Assembly: GCA_963701085.1 (NCBI GenBank)
Contig: OY969561.1
Span: 128,001-192,000, forward strand
Source of the DNA: an uncultured bacterium
GTDB taxonomy: Bacteria > Babelota > Babeliae > Babelales > Vermiphilaceae
Direction: 5' to 3'
Length of the DNA stretch: 64,000 nt
Shown here: piece by piece, positions 36,225 through 45,052 of the stretch
Layout: the number at the start of each line of letters is the position of its first letter
Numbering within the stretch: the stretch's first letter is position 1
The notes under the pieces: model-generated
Database searches by the model: none
What the model was told of the DNA's origin: nothing
What the model saw: only the letters and a program-made list of their open reading frames with translations
Made by a program: the position numbers and the translations under genes

Positions 36225-37763
36225 ATGAATGTTAAAGACTTGGTTTTGCCAATTGGTTTGGCGATTGTTAGTGTGTTTGCGTTGAATTATTTTTTTCCTG
36301 GTAGCACGTCAAAAGAAGGTGTTGAATCAACGTTTATTGCTCCGCGTGAAAAGAAAGAGTATAAGCCGCTCAATGTAGAAGTTGATTTTTATGATCAAAA
36401 GCGCACTGCTCAGCCGCGCATAACAGATTGTGAAACAGATTGGGCATATATAAGTTTTTCAACTGATGGCGCATCTCTTGAAAGTATAGATTTTAAAAGA
36501 GAATCTAATGGTCATATTAAAACTATTCGTACTATTTTTCCGGTAGCAGATACAGAACGAGAAAATAGATGTCTTTTGGTGGCATTACAGAATGCAACAC
36601 CGTTTTTTTACACCCTATTATCATCAGAAGAAAATGATACTAGTTATGAGTTGATTTATGTTGGAAGTAATGATGAATGTGTGGTGCAAAAAAGGTTCGA
36701 TATTGATAAACATAGACCAAAAATTGATTTATCAATTGAAGTTGCGCCAAAAAATGGTAATAATTCTCACATAGAACCACGCGTTTTCTTTCCCGCACCT
36801 CTCATGCCAGATCTTAAAGAAACAGATGTTATTTCATCAATTGTGATTGATCAGGCTGATCTGTTTGCAAAGAAGCAAGTATCTCAACTTGATGTTCATC
36901 GTGGATGGTTTAATCCGGCGTTATTTGGTGCTGACAATCGTTATTTTATTCATTCATTGATTAATGATGAAAATCATTTTGCTCAACGAGCATATTACAA
37001 GCTTGAAGAGAGAACACATTTATTTTCAATTCTTGAAGGCCCAACGGTTACTGAAAAAACGTCATGGATGTTGTCTTTCTATTTTGGACCTAAGGAACTC
37101 AGTGCATTGGCGGCGGTTGATACACGTTTAGAAAAAACATTGGATTATTCTGGCATGCTTTCATCGCTTGCTAAATTGATGCTCTATCTTTTGAACTGGC
37201 TTTATAAATTCTTCCACAATTATGGTTTAGCGATCATCGCGCTGACATTGCTGATTCAGGTTTGTTTATTGCCGGTTTCTTTGCGCAATAATGAAGAAAA
37301 ATTTAAAAAACAGCAGCAGGAATATCAAAGACAGTTGGCGTTAATTGAACAACGTTTTGCGGGACAACCAGAAAAACTGCTTGCAGAGCGTACTGAATTG
37401 ATTCGGAAAAATGGGTTGCCGGGTATTGGTTGTTTGCTGCCACTATTGATTCAGTTGCCAATTTTTTTTGCATTAAGTCGCGTGCTTTCCAGTTCATTTG
37501 AGTTGTATCAGGCGCCAATGTTATGGATTTCTGATCTTTCTTTGCGTGATCCATATTTTATACTTCCTGTGTTGGTTACGCTTATGATGCTCATGCAAGA
37601 TATGAAAGGTGATGCTCAACAACGTATGAGTAAAATTGCAATGGCATTTGTGTTTGGTGCGATTACATCAAGTTTTGCAGCAGGGCTTACGCTTTATATT
37701 CTTATGGGTAGAGTTTTTGGTTTTATTCAAGCAAAAATTATGACTTATTTTAAATTGGTATAA
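36225..37763 (+). CDS. yidC: Membrane protein insertase YidC
   Basis: YFGPK, NYGLAII.LT, GCL.PLLIQ.PIF.AL, WI.DLS..DP. Confidence 0.9.
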   Translation: MNVKDLVLPIGLAIVSVFALNYFFPGSTSKEGVESTFIAPREKKEYKPLNVEVDFYDQKRTAQPRITDCETDWAYISFSTDGASLESIDFKRESNGHIKTIRTIFPVADTERENRCLLVALQNATPFFYTLLSSEENDTSYELIYVGSNDECVVQKRFDIDKHRPKIDLSIEVAPKNGNNSHIEPRVFFPAPLMPDLKETDVISSIVIDQADLFAKKQVSQLDVHRGWFNPALFGADNRYFIHSLINDENHFAQRAYYKLEERTHLFSILEGPTVTEKTSWMLSFYFGPKELSALAAVDTRLEKTLDYSGMLSSLAKLMLYLLNWLYKFFHNYGLAIIALTLLIQVCLLPVSLRNNEEKFKKQQQEYQRQLALIEQRFAGQPEKLLAERTELIRKNGLPGIGCLLPLLIQLPIFFALSRVLSSSFELYQAPMLWISDLSLRDPYFILPVLVTLMMLMQDMKGDAQQRMSKIAMAFVFGAITSSFAAGLTLYILMGRVFGFIQAKIMTYFKLV

Positions 37764-37765
37764 GT

Positions 37766-38368
37766 ATGTTAGAAGAGTTGCCGACGCTTGCGCATTTGTT
37801 AAAAGTATTGCAGCAGGTTCCTTATCTTGCTTCAAAGAATTTGTATCGTGTAGCAGCACATTTTTTGGAAATGCAGCCACAGCAAATAGCGCAGTTTTGT
37901 GCAGCCTTAGAAGTTGCAAAACAAAGGCTTAAAAAGTGCGAAAGCTGTTTTTATTGGCAAGAGGTATCTACACCTTGTATATTTTGTTCATCATCAAAAC
38001 GTGATCAAACAATGGTGTGTGTTGTTGAGACGTGGCAAGAAATACTTGCGATAGAAAAAACACGTGGATATCTTGGCGTATACCATGTACTTGGTGGTTC
38101 AATCTCTCCGCTTGAAGGTGTTAGCGCTGACGATTTGACGATTGATCAACTGTTGGTGCGTGCTGAAAATGGGATTGTAAAAGAGTTAATTTTGGCGACC
38201 AATCAGACTCCTGAGGGTGAGGCGACTGCTACGTATATTGCGCGTAAATTAAAGGGTAAAAATATTATTATTTCTTGTTTAGCGCGCGGATTGCCGGTTG
38301 GTTCATCACTTGAAGGTATGGACCGCTTAACCGTATTTAAAGCCTTATCAGAGCGGCGTCCATTTTAA
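37766..38368 (+). CDS. recR: Recombination mediator RecR
   Basis: C4 zinc finger, CVVE, YHVLGG.ISP, ILATN.T.EGEATA.Y, LARGLPVG. Confidence 0.95.
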   Translation: MLEELPTLAHLLKVLQQVPYLASKNLYRVAAHFLEMQPQQIAQFCAALEVAKQRLKKCESCFYWQEVSTPCIFCSSSKRDQTMVCVVETWQEILAIEKTRGYLGVYHVLGGSISPLEGVSADDLTIDQLLVRAENGIVKELILATNQTPEGEATATYIARKLKGKNIIISCLARGLPVGSSLEGMDRLTVFKALSERRPF

Positions 38369-38387
38369 TAATAAAATTTTTAAAGGT

Positions 38388-39791
38388 ATGTTTATGAAAT
38401 CAGATTTTTTTGGTGGCTTAGCGCCACGCACGGAGCAGCTTTCTGTTTATTCGTTACGAAGAAAAGAGCTTGTTGAATCAATTAAATTAGCGTTTCCGCA
38501 AATTTCGCACGGTATGGTTGTGTTGTTTGCAGCCTTTGAACAAGGTAGTGAGCGGTTTAGACAAGATAAAACATTTTTTTATTATACCGGTGTGAATGAG
38601 CCGGGAACGGCATTGGTGATTGATTTGGCGGGAAAATCAACATTGTATATTCCTAATTGTTTTGAGAAACGCGCGCAATGGATGACGTTGCCAGCAGCTT
38701 TGGTTAACCGTGATGCAAAGGCGCTTGGTGTTGATGCGGTTGAATTGCTGGGTGATGAGTGTGAAACATATGAATTAAATCCCTATTTCTCTGAACATGA
38801 ATATGCGCACATGATTGCACGTATGAAAAATGTTATTGCACGCGGCGGGTCACTGTTTTCAACGGCGCCAAATAATGGCCATGAATATGTAAACACTCGT
38901 TTTACGTTTGATCATTTACAAAAATTTATTTCTGACGTACAGAAGTCTATTGTGGATATTTCATCGATTATAGCGAGTAGCAGGCGACGCAAAGATGTTG
39001 GTGAAATAGAACATGTTTATCGTGCGATAGAGATTACTGAGCTTGCACATGAGTCGGCAGTTCAGGCTATTAAGCATGAGGCTTTGGAGGCGGAAGTCCA
39101 GGCTTCTTTAGAGTATATGATGATAGCATCTCATGCGCGACCAGCATTTCCAAGTATTGTAGCCAGTGGTAAAAATGGTACGGTGCTGCATTATAATCAA
39201 AATAGTGGCACGCTCAAAAATGGTGATCTTTTGGTTGTTGATATTGGGGCTGAGTTTAATAATTATTGTGCCGATTTGACGCGCACTTACCCAGTATCAG
39301 GGGCGTTTACCAAACGCCAGAAGGAATTGTACAACATTGTTCTTGAAACTCAAACTTACATTGCATCGCTTGCAAAACCTGGCATCTGGCTTAAAAATAA
39401 AGATAAAGCTGAACAATCTCTTCATCATTTAGCGGTTAAATTTCTAGCCAAGCGTGGCTATGACAAATATTTTCCGCATGGAATTGGACATTTTCTTGGC
39501 CTTGATGTGCATGATGTTGGTGATTATTCTCTCCCTCTTCAAGAAGGAGATGTTATTACGATTGAGCCAGGGATTTATATTGCTGCAGAAAATATTGGAA
39601 TTCGTATTGAAGACAATTACTGGATTACCAAAGAAGGTGCTATTTGTTTGAGTGAGCATCTGCCTAAAGAAGCAGATGATATTGAGGCTGTTGTGCAGCA
39701 AGCTCTCCGTGGTGAAACTGATGATGAAGATGATGACGAGTATGAAGATGATGAAGATTTTGATGACGAAGAAGATGATGTGTTTAATTAA
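38388..39791 (+). CDS. pepP: Xaa-Pro aminopeptidase (M24B) with acidic C-terminal tail
   Basis: FRQ...F.Y.TG, DIGAE..Y.ADLTRT, HGIGHFLGLDVHD, TIEPG.Y, GIRIED. Confidence 0.9.
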   Translation: MFMKSDFFGGLAPRTEQLSVYSLRRKELVESIKLAFPQISHGMVVLFAAFEQGSERFRQDKTFFYYTGVNEPGTALVIDLAGKSTLYIPNCFEKRAQWMTLPAALVNRDAKALGVDAVELLGDECETYELNPYFSEHEYAHMIARMKNVIARGGSLFSTAPNNGHEYVNTRFTFDHLQKFISDVQKSIVDISSIIASSRRRKDVGEIEHVYRAIEITELAHESAVQAIKHEALEAEVQASLEYMMIASHARPAFPSIVASGKNGTVLHYNQNSGTLKNGDLLVVDIGAEFNNYCADLTRTYPVSGAFTKRQKELYNIVLETQTYIASLAKPGIWLKNKDKAEQSLHHLAVKFLAKRGYDKYFPHGIGHFLGLDVHDVGDYSLPLQEGDVITIEPGIYIAAENIGIRIEDNYWITKEGAICLSEHLPKEADDIEAVVQQALRGETDDEDDDEYEDDEDFDDEEDDVFN

Positions 39792-39806
39792 AGATTAGGA
39801 CGTCCT

Positions 39807-41369
39807 ATGCAGTTAACATGGCTTTCTTTATTACCCCCGCTGGTTGTTGTTGGCGCAGTATGCATTACGCATCACCTGAATCTTTCGCTCGCAATGGGCA
39901 TTCTTTGTGCCTCATTGATTGTAACTCAGGGTCAGTTGTTACCCGCATTAATGATGTGTGGGCAGAAGTTTGTGAACCATGTTTCTGATAGTGATTATAT
40001 TTATTTATATCTTTTGCTTATCACCATCAGCTCACTGATCACGTTGCTTACGGTGACGGGTAGTGCCGCTGGTTGTGCGAGCATTATTGGTAAAAAAATT
40101 CGCACAAAGCGGAGTGTGGAAATGTCAGCAATTATGCTTTCGTTCTTGCTGAGTATTGATGATTATTTAAGTATTTTGACCGTTGGTTTTGTGATGCGGC
40201 CCATCGCGGATAGACTTGCGGTAGCGCGAACAAAGCTTGCATATATTGTGCGTTCATTAGCAGGGCCTTTGGTAATCATTATGCCCATATCAACATGGGC
40301 GGCAGCAGTGCTTGCGCAGCTTGATAATGCAGGAATTCATTTAAACGCGCCGAATAAAATTGTAGCAGATCCGTTTTATGTGTATCTCAAAACGATTCCA
40401 TTTACCTTTTATTCAGTGCTTGTTGTGTTTTCAGTGTGGTTTGTGGTGACAACACGCATTGGGTATGGTTTAATTGCGCGCGATGAGCACAAGGCTGTTG
40501 CCGTTGAGGATGCATCGCACGGTGAATTGGTCACAGGTAATAATCAGCACTCACTTATAGAGTTGTTGATGCCCATTGCTATTCTGATTGGTGGTGTATT
40601 TATTGGCATATTATATGTTGGTAAGTACCATCTTTTTGGTGGTAACAATTCCTTTTTTCAGGCATTTAGGGAAAATGATAAAACGTTTTTAATTTTGTTC
40701 TTATCAGGGTTATGCGCGTTTAGCGCAAGCTTATTCCTTTCACTTTACAAGAAAATGGTTGCTGTTCTGCAGGTGCCTGCAATAGTATGGGAAGGGGTAC
40801 GGTTGATGCAGTCTTCCATTATTATGGTTATGTGCGCGTCTATTCTGGGTAACTTTTTACGACTTAATTTGTATACCGGTGATTATGTTGCCTATTTGTT
40901 GTTTGGCACAGCACCATTGTATTTGATTCCGGTACTTTTATTTGTCACTTCATTAACGATAACATTAACAACCGGATCTGCATGGGGAACTTTTTCAATA
41001 TTGATTCCTATTACGACGCAGATGCTCATTTCATTTTTACAGCTTGAAGCGCCGGTGATGCTTGATCAGATGCCTATTTTGTTTCCGGCATTAGGGGCAG
41101 TCCTTTCGGGAGCGGTATGCGGAAATCATATTTCTCCTTTTTCAGAAACAACCGTGATGACGGCAACAAGTACCGGAATAGCGCCATTGGACCATGCGCG
41201 AACTCAGTTTGGGTATGTGGTGCCGGTGGTCGTTGGTTCCTTTGTGGCGTTTATTGTGGCAGGGTTGATGATTGACAACGGGTTATTAGTGAGTTTCTGT
41301 GTTTCAATTGGTGCTGGTATTGGTGTAAATGTCCTGTTATTATGGGCAGGGAATAAGTTTTTCAAATAA
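39807..41369 (+). CDS. NhaC-family Na+/H+ antiporter-like transporter
   Basis: SLLPP, IDDY, PISTW, TGSAWGT, GAV.G.H.SP.S.T motifs. Confidence 0.85.
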   Translation: MQLTWLSLLPPLVVVGAVCITHHLNLSLAMGILCASLIVTQGQLLPALMMCGQKFVNHVSDSDYIYLYLLLITISSLITLLTVTGSAAGCASIIGKKIRTKRSVEMSAIMLSFLLSIDDYLSILTVGFVMRPIADRLAVARTKLAYIVRSLAGPLVIIMPISTWAAAVLAQLDNAGIHLNAPNKIVADPFYVYLKTIPFTFYSVLVVFSVWFVVTTRIGYGLIARDEHKAVAVEDASHGELVTGNNQHSLIELLMPIAILIGGVFIGILYVGKYHLFGGNNSFFQAFRENDKTFLILFLSGLCAFSASLFLSLYKKMVAVLQVPAIVWEGVRLMQSSIIMVMCASILGNFLRLNLYTGDYVAYLLFGTAPLYLIPVLLFVTSLTITLTTGSAWGTFSILIPITTQMLISFLQLEAPVMLDQMPILFPALGAVLSGAVCGNHISPFSETTVMTATSTGIAPLDHARTQFGYVVPVVVGSFVAFIVAGLMIDNGLLVSFCVSIGAGIGVNVLLLWAGNKFFK

Positions 41370-41419
41370 GTGGTATGTTTTTAATCGTGGTAAAAACAAG
41401 GTTAAATAGCGTATTTTTA

Positions 41420-41448
41420 TTGACCGTATTATAAATATTAGCTACTTT
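41420..41448 (+). promoter_or_regulatory. Sigma70-like promoter for rplM
   Basis: TTGACC-17 nt-TACTTT. Confidence 0.5.
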
Positions 41449-41515
41449 AGAACAAAGAGCCCCACTCTTAAAAAATTGATTACAATAATACTGTTTCACA
41501 TAAAGGTGATGATTT

Positions 41516-41974
41516 ATGAGTATGAATAAAGCGTTTTATCCACGCAAAGAAGATGTAGCAGCTGGATGGTGTCATATTGACGCTAATGGTAAAGTACTAG
41601 GTCGTTTGGCTACGTTTGTTGCTGATAGATTGCGCGGCAAAGATAAGCCACACTATACACCTCATACTGATTGTGGTGATTATGTTGTGATTACTAATGC
41701 TGAAAAAATCTTCCTTTCTGGCGACAAGTGGGAAGGTAAAGAGTATGTTACGGTATCTGGTTGGCAGGGTGGAAAGAAAGAAGTTTCTGCTAAAGATTTG
41801 CACAAAAAACACCCAACACATCTTATTGAGTTGGCTGTTAAGCGTATGTTACCTAAAAACAAGCTCAGCAGACAAATCATTAAAAAGTTAAAAATATATG
41901 CTGGATCAGAACATCCTCATGTTGCACAAAGCCCAACAGTAGTTGAATTAGAAATTCAAACACCGCGTGGCTAA
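41516..41974 (+). CDS. rplM: 50S ribosomal protein L13
   Basis: IDA.G.VLGRLA, GK.KP.YTP..DCGD, AV.RMLPK, HPH.AQ. Confidence 0.95.
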   Translation: MSMNKAFYPRKEDVAAGWCHIDANGKVLGRLATFVADRLRGKDKPHYTPHTDCGDYVVITNAEKIFLSGDKWEGKEYVTVSGWQGGKKEVSAKDLHKKHPTHLIELAVKRMLPKNKLSRQIIKKLKIYAGSEHPHVAQSPTVVELEIQTPRG

Positions 41975-41995
41975 GCAATAGTAAATAGTTATATC

Positions 41996-42030
41996 AAAAA
42001 AGAGCACTTCTTGAAAAGTGCTCTTTTTTT
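41996..42030 (+). terminator. Intrinsic terminator after rplM
   Basis: AAAAAAGAGCACTT...AAGTGCTCTTTTTT. Confidence 0.8.
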
Positions 42031-42226
42031 GCGTTGAATGGCTACTTTGACATCATCAGTATGAATTTTTTGGTGCGTATTACCTGGAATGTTTTAAAAA
42101 ATTATTGCAATCTGAATAAGTTATTTGCTAATTTCAAGGTACGTAGAGGCCTCTACGGTAAAATAAGAGGCATAGTGCATGGTGCAGTATGCTTCAAAAA
42201 AACGTTTTCATAAAAAGGAGAAAAAA

Positions 42227-42616
42227 ATGAAGACAAATATACAAAAAAGGCTGAATATTGGTTTATGTATTGCAATAATTATGATTCTTGCTGGTTCGAC
42301 AGTGTCATACGGAATGGATATGAAGCTTTGGTCAGAAAGAGATAAAAAGATAGCTGCATTAGGAGTTATTGACCTTGAAATGTTTAGTAGATGGGTTGAA
42401 TTGCCACATTTATATGCAGGCACATCGGAGAATAATCCCCTTTTATGGATTGTACAGAAAGCTAGTGATAAACAACTAGATCTTTTTGTGCGTATGAGTA
42501 AGGAGGGGCGGAATTTCAAGATCATCGGATATGGTGACGATCTTGATGCCTTCCAAAAGTTACCTAAACATGTAAAATCATATCTATCACACGTTTTTGG
42601 CTACACTATGCAATAG
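42227..42616 (+). CDS. Secreted hypothetical protein
   Basis: AAGGAG RBS; signal ...SYG|MD; C-terminal FQKLPKHVKSYL. Confidence 0.7.
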   Translation: MKTNIQKRLNIGLCIAIIMILAGSTVSYGMDMKLWSERDKKIAALGVIDLEMFSRWVELPHLYAGTSENNPLLWIVQKASDKQLDLFVRMSKEGRNFKIIGYGDDLDAFQKLPKHVKSYLSHVFGYTMQ

Positions 42617-42621
42617 TTATG

Positions 42622-42658
42622 AAAAAAAGGCAGGATTTGAAGAATCCTGCCTTTTTTT
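42622..42658. terminator. Bidirectional terminator
   Basis: AAAAAAAGGCAGGATT...AATCCTGCCTTTTTTT between convergent genes. Confidence 0.8.
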
Positions 42659-42671
42659 ACGTTTAAATGAT

Positions 42672-43823
42672 TTATCGCAAATTAAAGAATGTAAGCACTG
42701 AATCAATATAAGGGCTTATGAGGCGGTTGGTATCATTGATGCTTAAATAAATGAATAAGATGATAAACATGATCCAGGTTGCGATGTGGATGTATTCGCG
42801 AATCTTGTATGGTATAGGGCGACGAATTATGGCTTCTATTGAATAAAATAATATTTGGCCGCCATCGAGTATAGGGAGTGGAATAAGATTAAGGACAGCC
42901 AAATTTATGCTGATTAGTGCCAAAAGAAGAAGAAAGATTTGCCATCCAGCGGTAGCGCTTTTGACGGTCATGGCGATGATCATGATTGGGCCACCAATTT
43001 TCTTTACACCTGTTCTGGTGAATAAGAGGCTAAATCCGAAAAAAGTGTCTCTTATCCAATTGTTGCATGTTGTGATGCCAAGAGAGACAGCTTCCGTGAA
43101 AGAGTGAGAAGGGGTTGGTACAGAATCAAATTCAACACCAAGAACACCAATTGATTCAATTTCGGTTTCTCTGCTGCCAATAAGAATGGTTTTTACAAAT
43201 CGTTCGCCATCGCGTTCGATTACAAGAGTCGCTTGTCTCAGCGCAAGAGGTTGAATTATCTGCTGAATTTCTTGTAGGTTGTGTCCAACTTCTTTTTCAT
43301 TGATCGATACAATGCGATCTCCCATGCGTAACCCACCCTTTTCTGCTGCAGATTGAGGGTGAATTGCTGAAATGATGGGGCGATGCGGCATGAGAGGGGT
43401 TTTAGGTATGCCTGTCATGAATAAAATAATCATGGTGACATAGGCGAAAAAGAGATTAAAAAGGATGCCGCCAAGCATAACGCATAGTTTTTGATAGAAG
43501 GGCTTGCTTGCAAAAGAACCTTCATCACTGGCAAAGGCTTCTTTTTGTTCGCCTTGGCCAACTTCAGCTGCCCCTGCTATTTCAACGTAGCCACCAAAAG
43601 GGATTGCTGAAAGGCAAAACTCGGTTTCACCTATTTTTTTTGTCAAAATTCTGGGGCCAAACCCGAGAGAAAATGAAGGTATACGAATTTTAAAAAGCTT
43701 AGCAAATAGAAAATGCCCAAGTTCATGGAAGCCGATAAGAAATCCCATCCCAAAAAATCCAAGCAGAATAAAAAAAAGTTGTTGTACAATCAGTGCCAGA
43801 TGTGAAAAATACGGTATAGCCAT
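42672..43823 (-). CDS. rseP: RIP metalloprotease RseP (M50, PDZ)
   Basis: HELGH, FS.GFGP, P.GGYV, PDZ domain, NL.P.P.LDGG. Confidence 0.95.
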   Translation of the reverse strand: MAIPYFSHLALIVQQLFFILLGFFGMGFLIGFHELGHFLFAKLFKIRIPSFSLGFGPRILTKKIGETEFCLSAIPFGGYVEIAGAAEVGQGEQKEAFASDEGSFASKPFYQKLCVMLGGILFNLFFAYVTMIILFMTGIPKTPLMPHRPIISAIHPQSAAEKGGLRMGDRIVSINEKEVGHNLQEIQQIIQPLALRQATLVIERDGERFVKTILIGSRETEIESIGVLGVEFDSVPTPSHSFTEAVSLGITTCNNWIRDTFFGFSLLFTRTGVKKIGGPIMIIAMTVKSATAGWQIFLLLLALISINLAVLNLIPLPILDGGQILFYSIEAIIRRPIPYKIREYIHIATWIMFIILFIYLSINDTNRLISPYIDSVLTFFNLR

Positions 43824-44153
43824 ATAAATAGTCCTTTTGTAGGTGATAAAAGTGTAAAAAAACTGTTTTGCTAATTGTGCAAAAATAAGCTATCATTAAT
43901 AATAATATAAGTCTATTGCTTCTTATCTAGGGCGAATTCGTTTTGTGGATAGAGATCAATTGAATTGTTGAAAAAAGCTGGGTGTAGTATGCTTTTCTGG
44001 CGCTGACTATGAATTATTTTCTTGAAAAAATTCACAAAGAGGGTAAAATAGCAATTAGTCAACTTGAGTGCATTGTGTAGCGCGTCGGATTAAAAGTTGC
44101 GATTATATAATAAAATTATTTTTTATAACGTGATAATATAAGGGTTTGTGTAC

Positions 44154-44546
44154 ATGCCAACGATTAATCAATTATGTCGATTTGGTAGAGATAAAATTAA
44201 GGCGAAACCAAAAAGTCCTGCTCTTAGAAGAGGGTTGTTTCTTAAGGGGCCATTCGCAAAAGGGGTTTGTACCCGAGTTTTTACTACGACGCCTAAAAAA
44301 CCTAACTCTGCGCTTCGAAAAGTTGCTCGTGTTAAGTTAACTACAGGTATCGAAGTAACCGCGTACATACCAGGCGAAGGTCATAATTTGCAAGAGCACT
44401 CTGTGGTTCTTGTCCGTGGTGGTCGCGTTAAGGATTTACCTGGTGTTAAATATCATATCGTGAGAGGCACATTGGATTGTGCAGGCGTAGATAAAAGAAG
44501 ACAAGGCCGTTCTCGTTATGGCGCTAAGCGTCCAAAGAATAAATAA
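44154..44546 (+). CDS. rpsL: 30S ribosomal protein S12
   Basis: [28 protein letters not shown]. Confidence 0.97.
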   Translation: MPTINQLCRFGRDKIKAKPKSPALRRGLFLKGPFAKGVCTRVFTTTPKKPNSALRKVARVKLTTGIEVTAYIPGEGHNLQEHSVVLVRGGRVKDLPGVKYHIVRGTLDCAGVDKRRQGRSRYGAKRPKNK

Positions 44547-44557
44547 GGGATTTACAT

Positions 44558-45040
44558 ATGCCAAGGCGTAGGCAAGTCGAATTTATAAGAGAAGTTGGTG
44601 TGGATCCAAAATTTGGATCAGCATTGGTTCAAAAACTCATTAATGTTGTTATGAAATGTGGCAAAAAAAATTGCGCAAGAACAATCGTTTATGAAGCGAT
44701 GGATTTGCTCGTAAAGAAAACAAATGGCGATGATAAAAAAGCATTAGAGCTTTTCAATCGTGCGTTTGAGCAAGTCGCTCCTTTCATTGAAGTTCGTTCA
44801 CGCCGTGTTGGTGGTAGTACTTACCAGATCCCTCGCGAAGTGAGTGAAAAGCGTAGAAAAGCGTTGGCATTTCGTTGGCTTGTTTCATCTGCAAGAACCC
44901 GTTCTGATAAAACAATGGGCTTGCGTCTTGGGCGTGAGCTTTTAGATGCAAGTGAACTTAAAGGTGGGGCGGTAAAGAAAAGAGCAGATGTTCAACGTAT
45001 GGCGGATGCAAATAGAGCATTCTCTCATTATGCATGGTAA
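44558..45040 (+). CDS. rpsG: 30S ribosomal protein S7
   Basis: SRRVGG.TYQ.P, ANRAFSHY. Confidence 0.97.
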   Translation: MPRRRQVEFIREVGVDPKFGSALVQKLINVVMKCGKKNCARTIVYEAMDLLVKKTNGDDKKALELFNRAFEQVAPFIEVRSRRVGGSTYQIPREVSEKRRKALAFRWLVSSARTRSDKTMGLRLGRELLDASELKGGAVKKRADVQRMADANRAFSHYAW

Positions 45041-45052
45041 GAGAGGATCGTT

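Noticed and set aside
43824-44153. Possible ncRNA or tRNA in the rseP-rpsL intergenic region
   Set aside because: No cloverleaf or recognisable structured motif; only weak promoter-like hexamers (TTGAAA-16-TAAAAT at 44022-44049).
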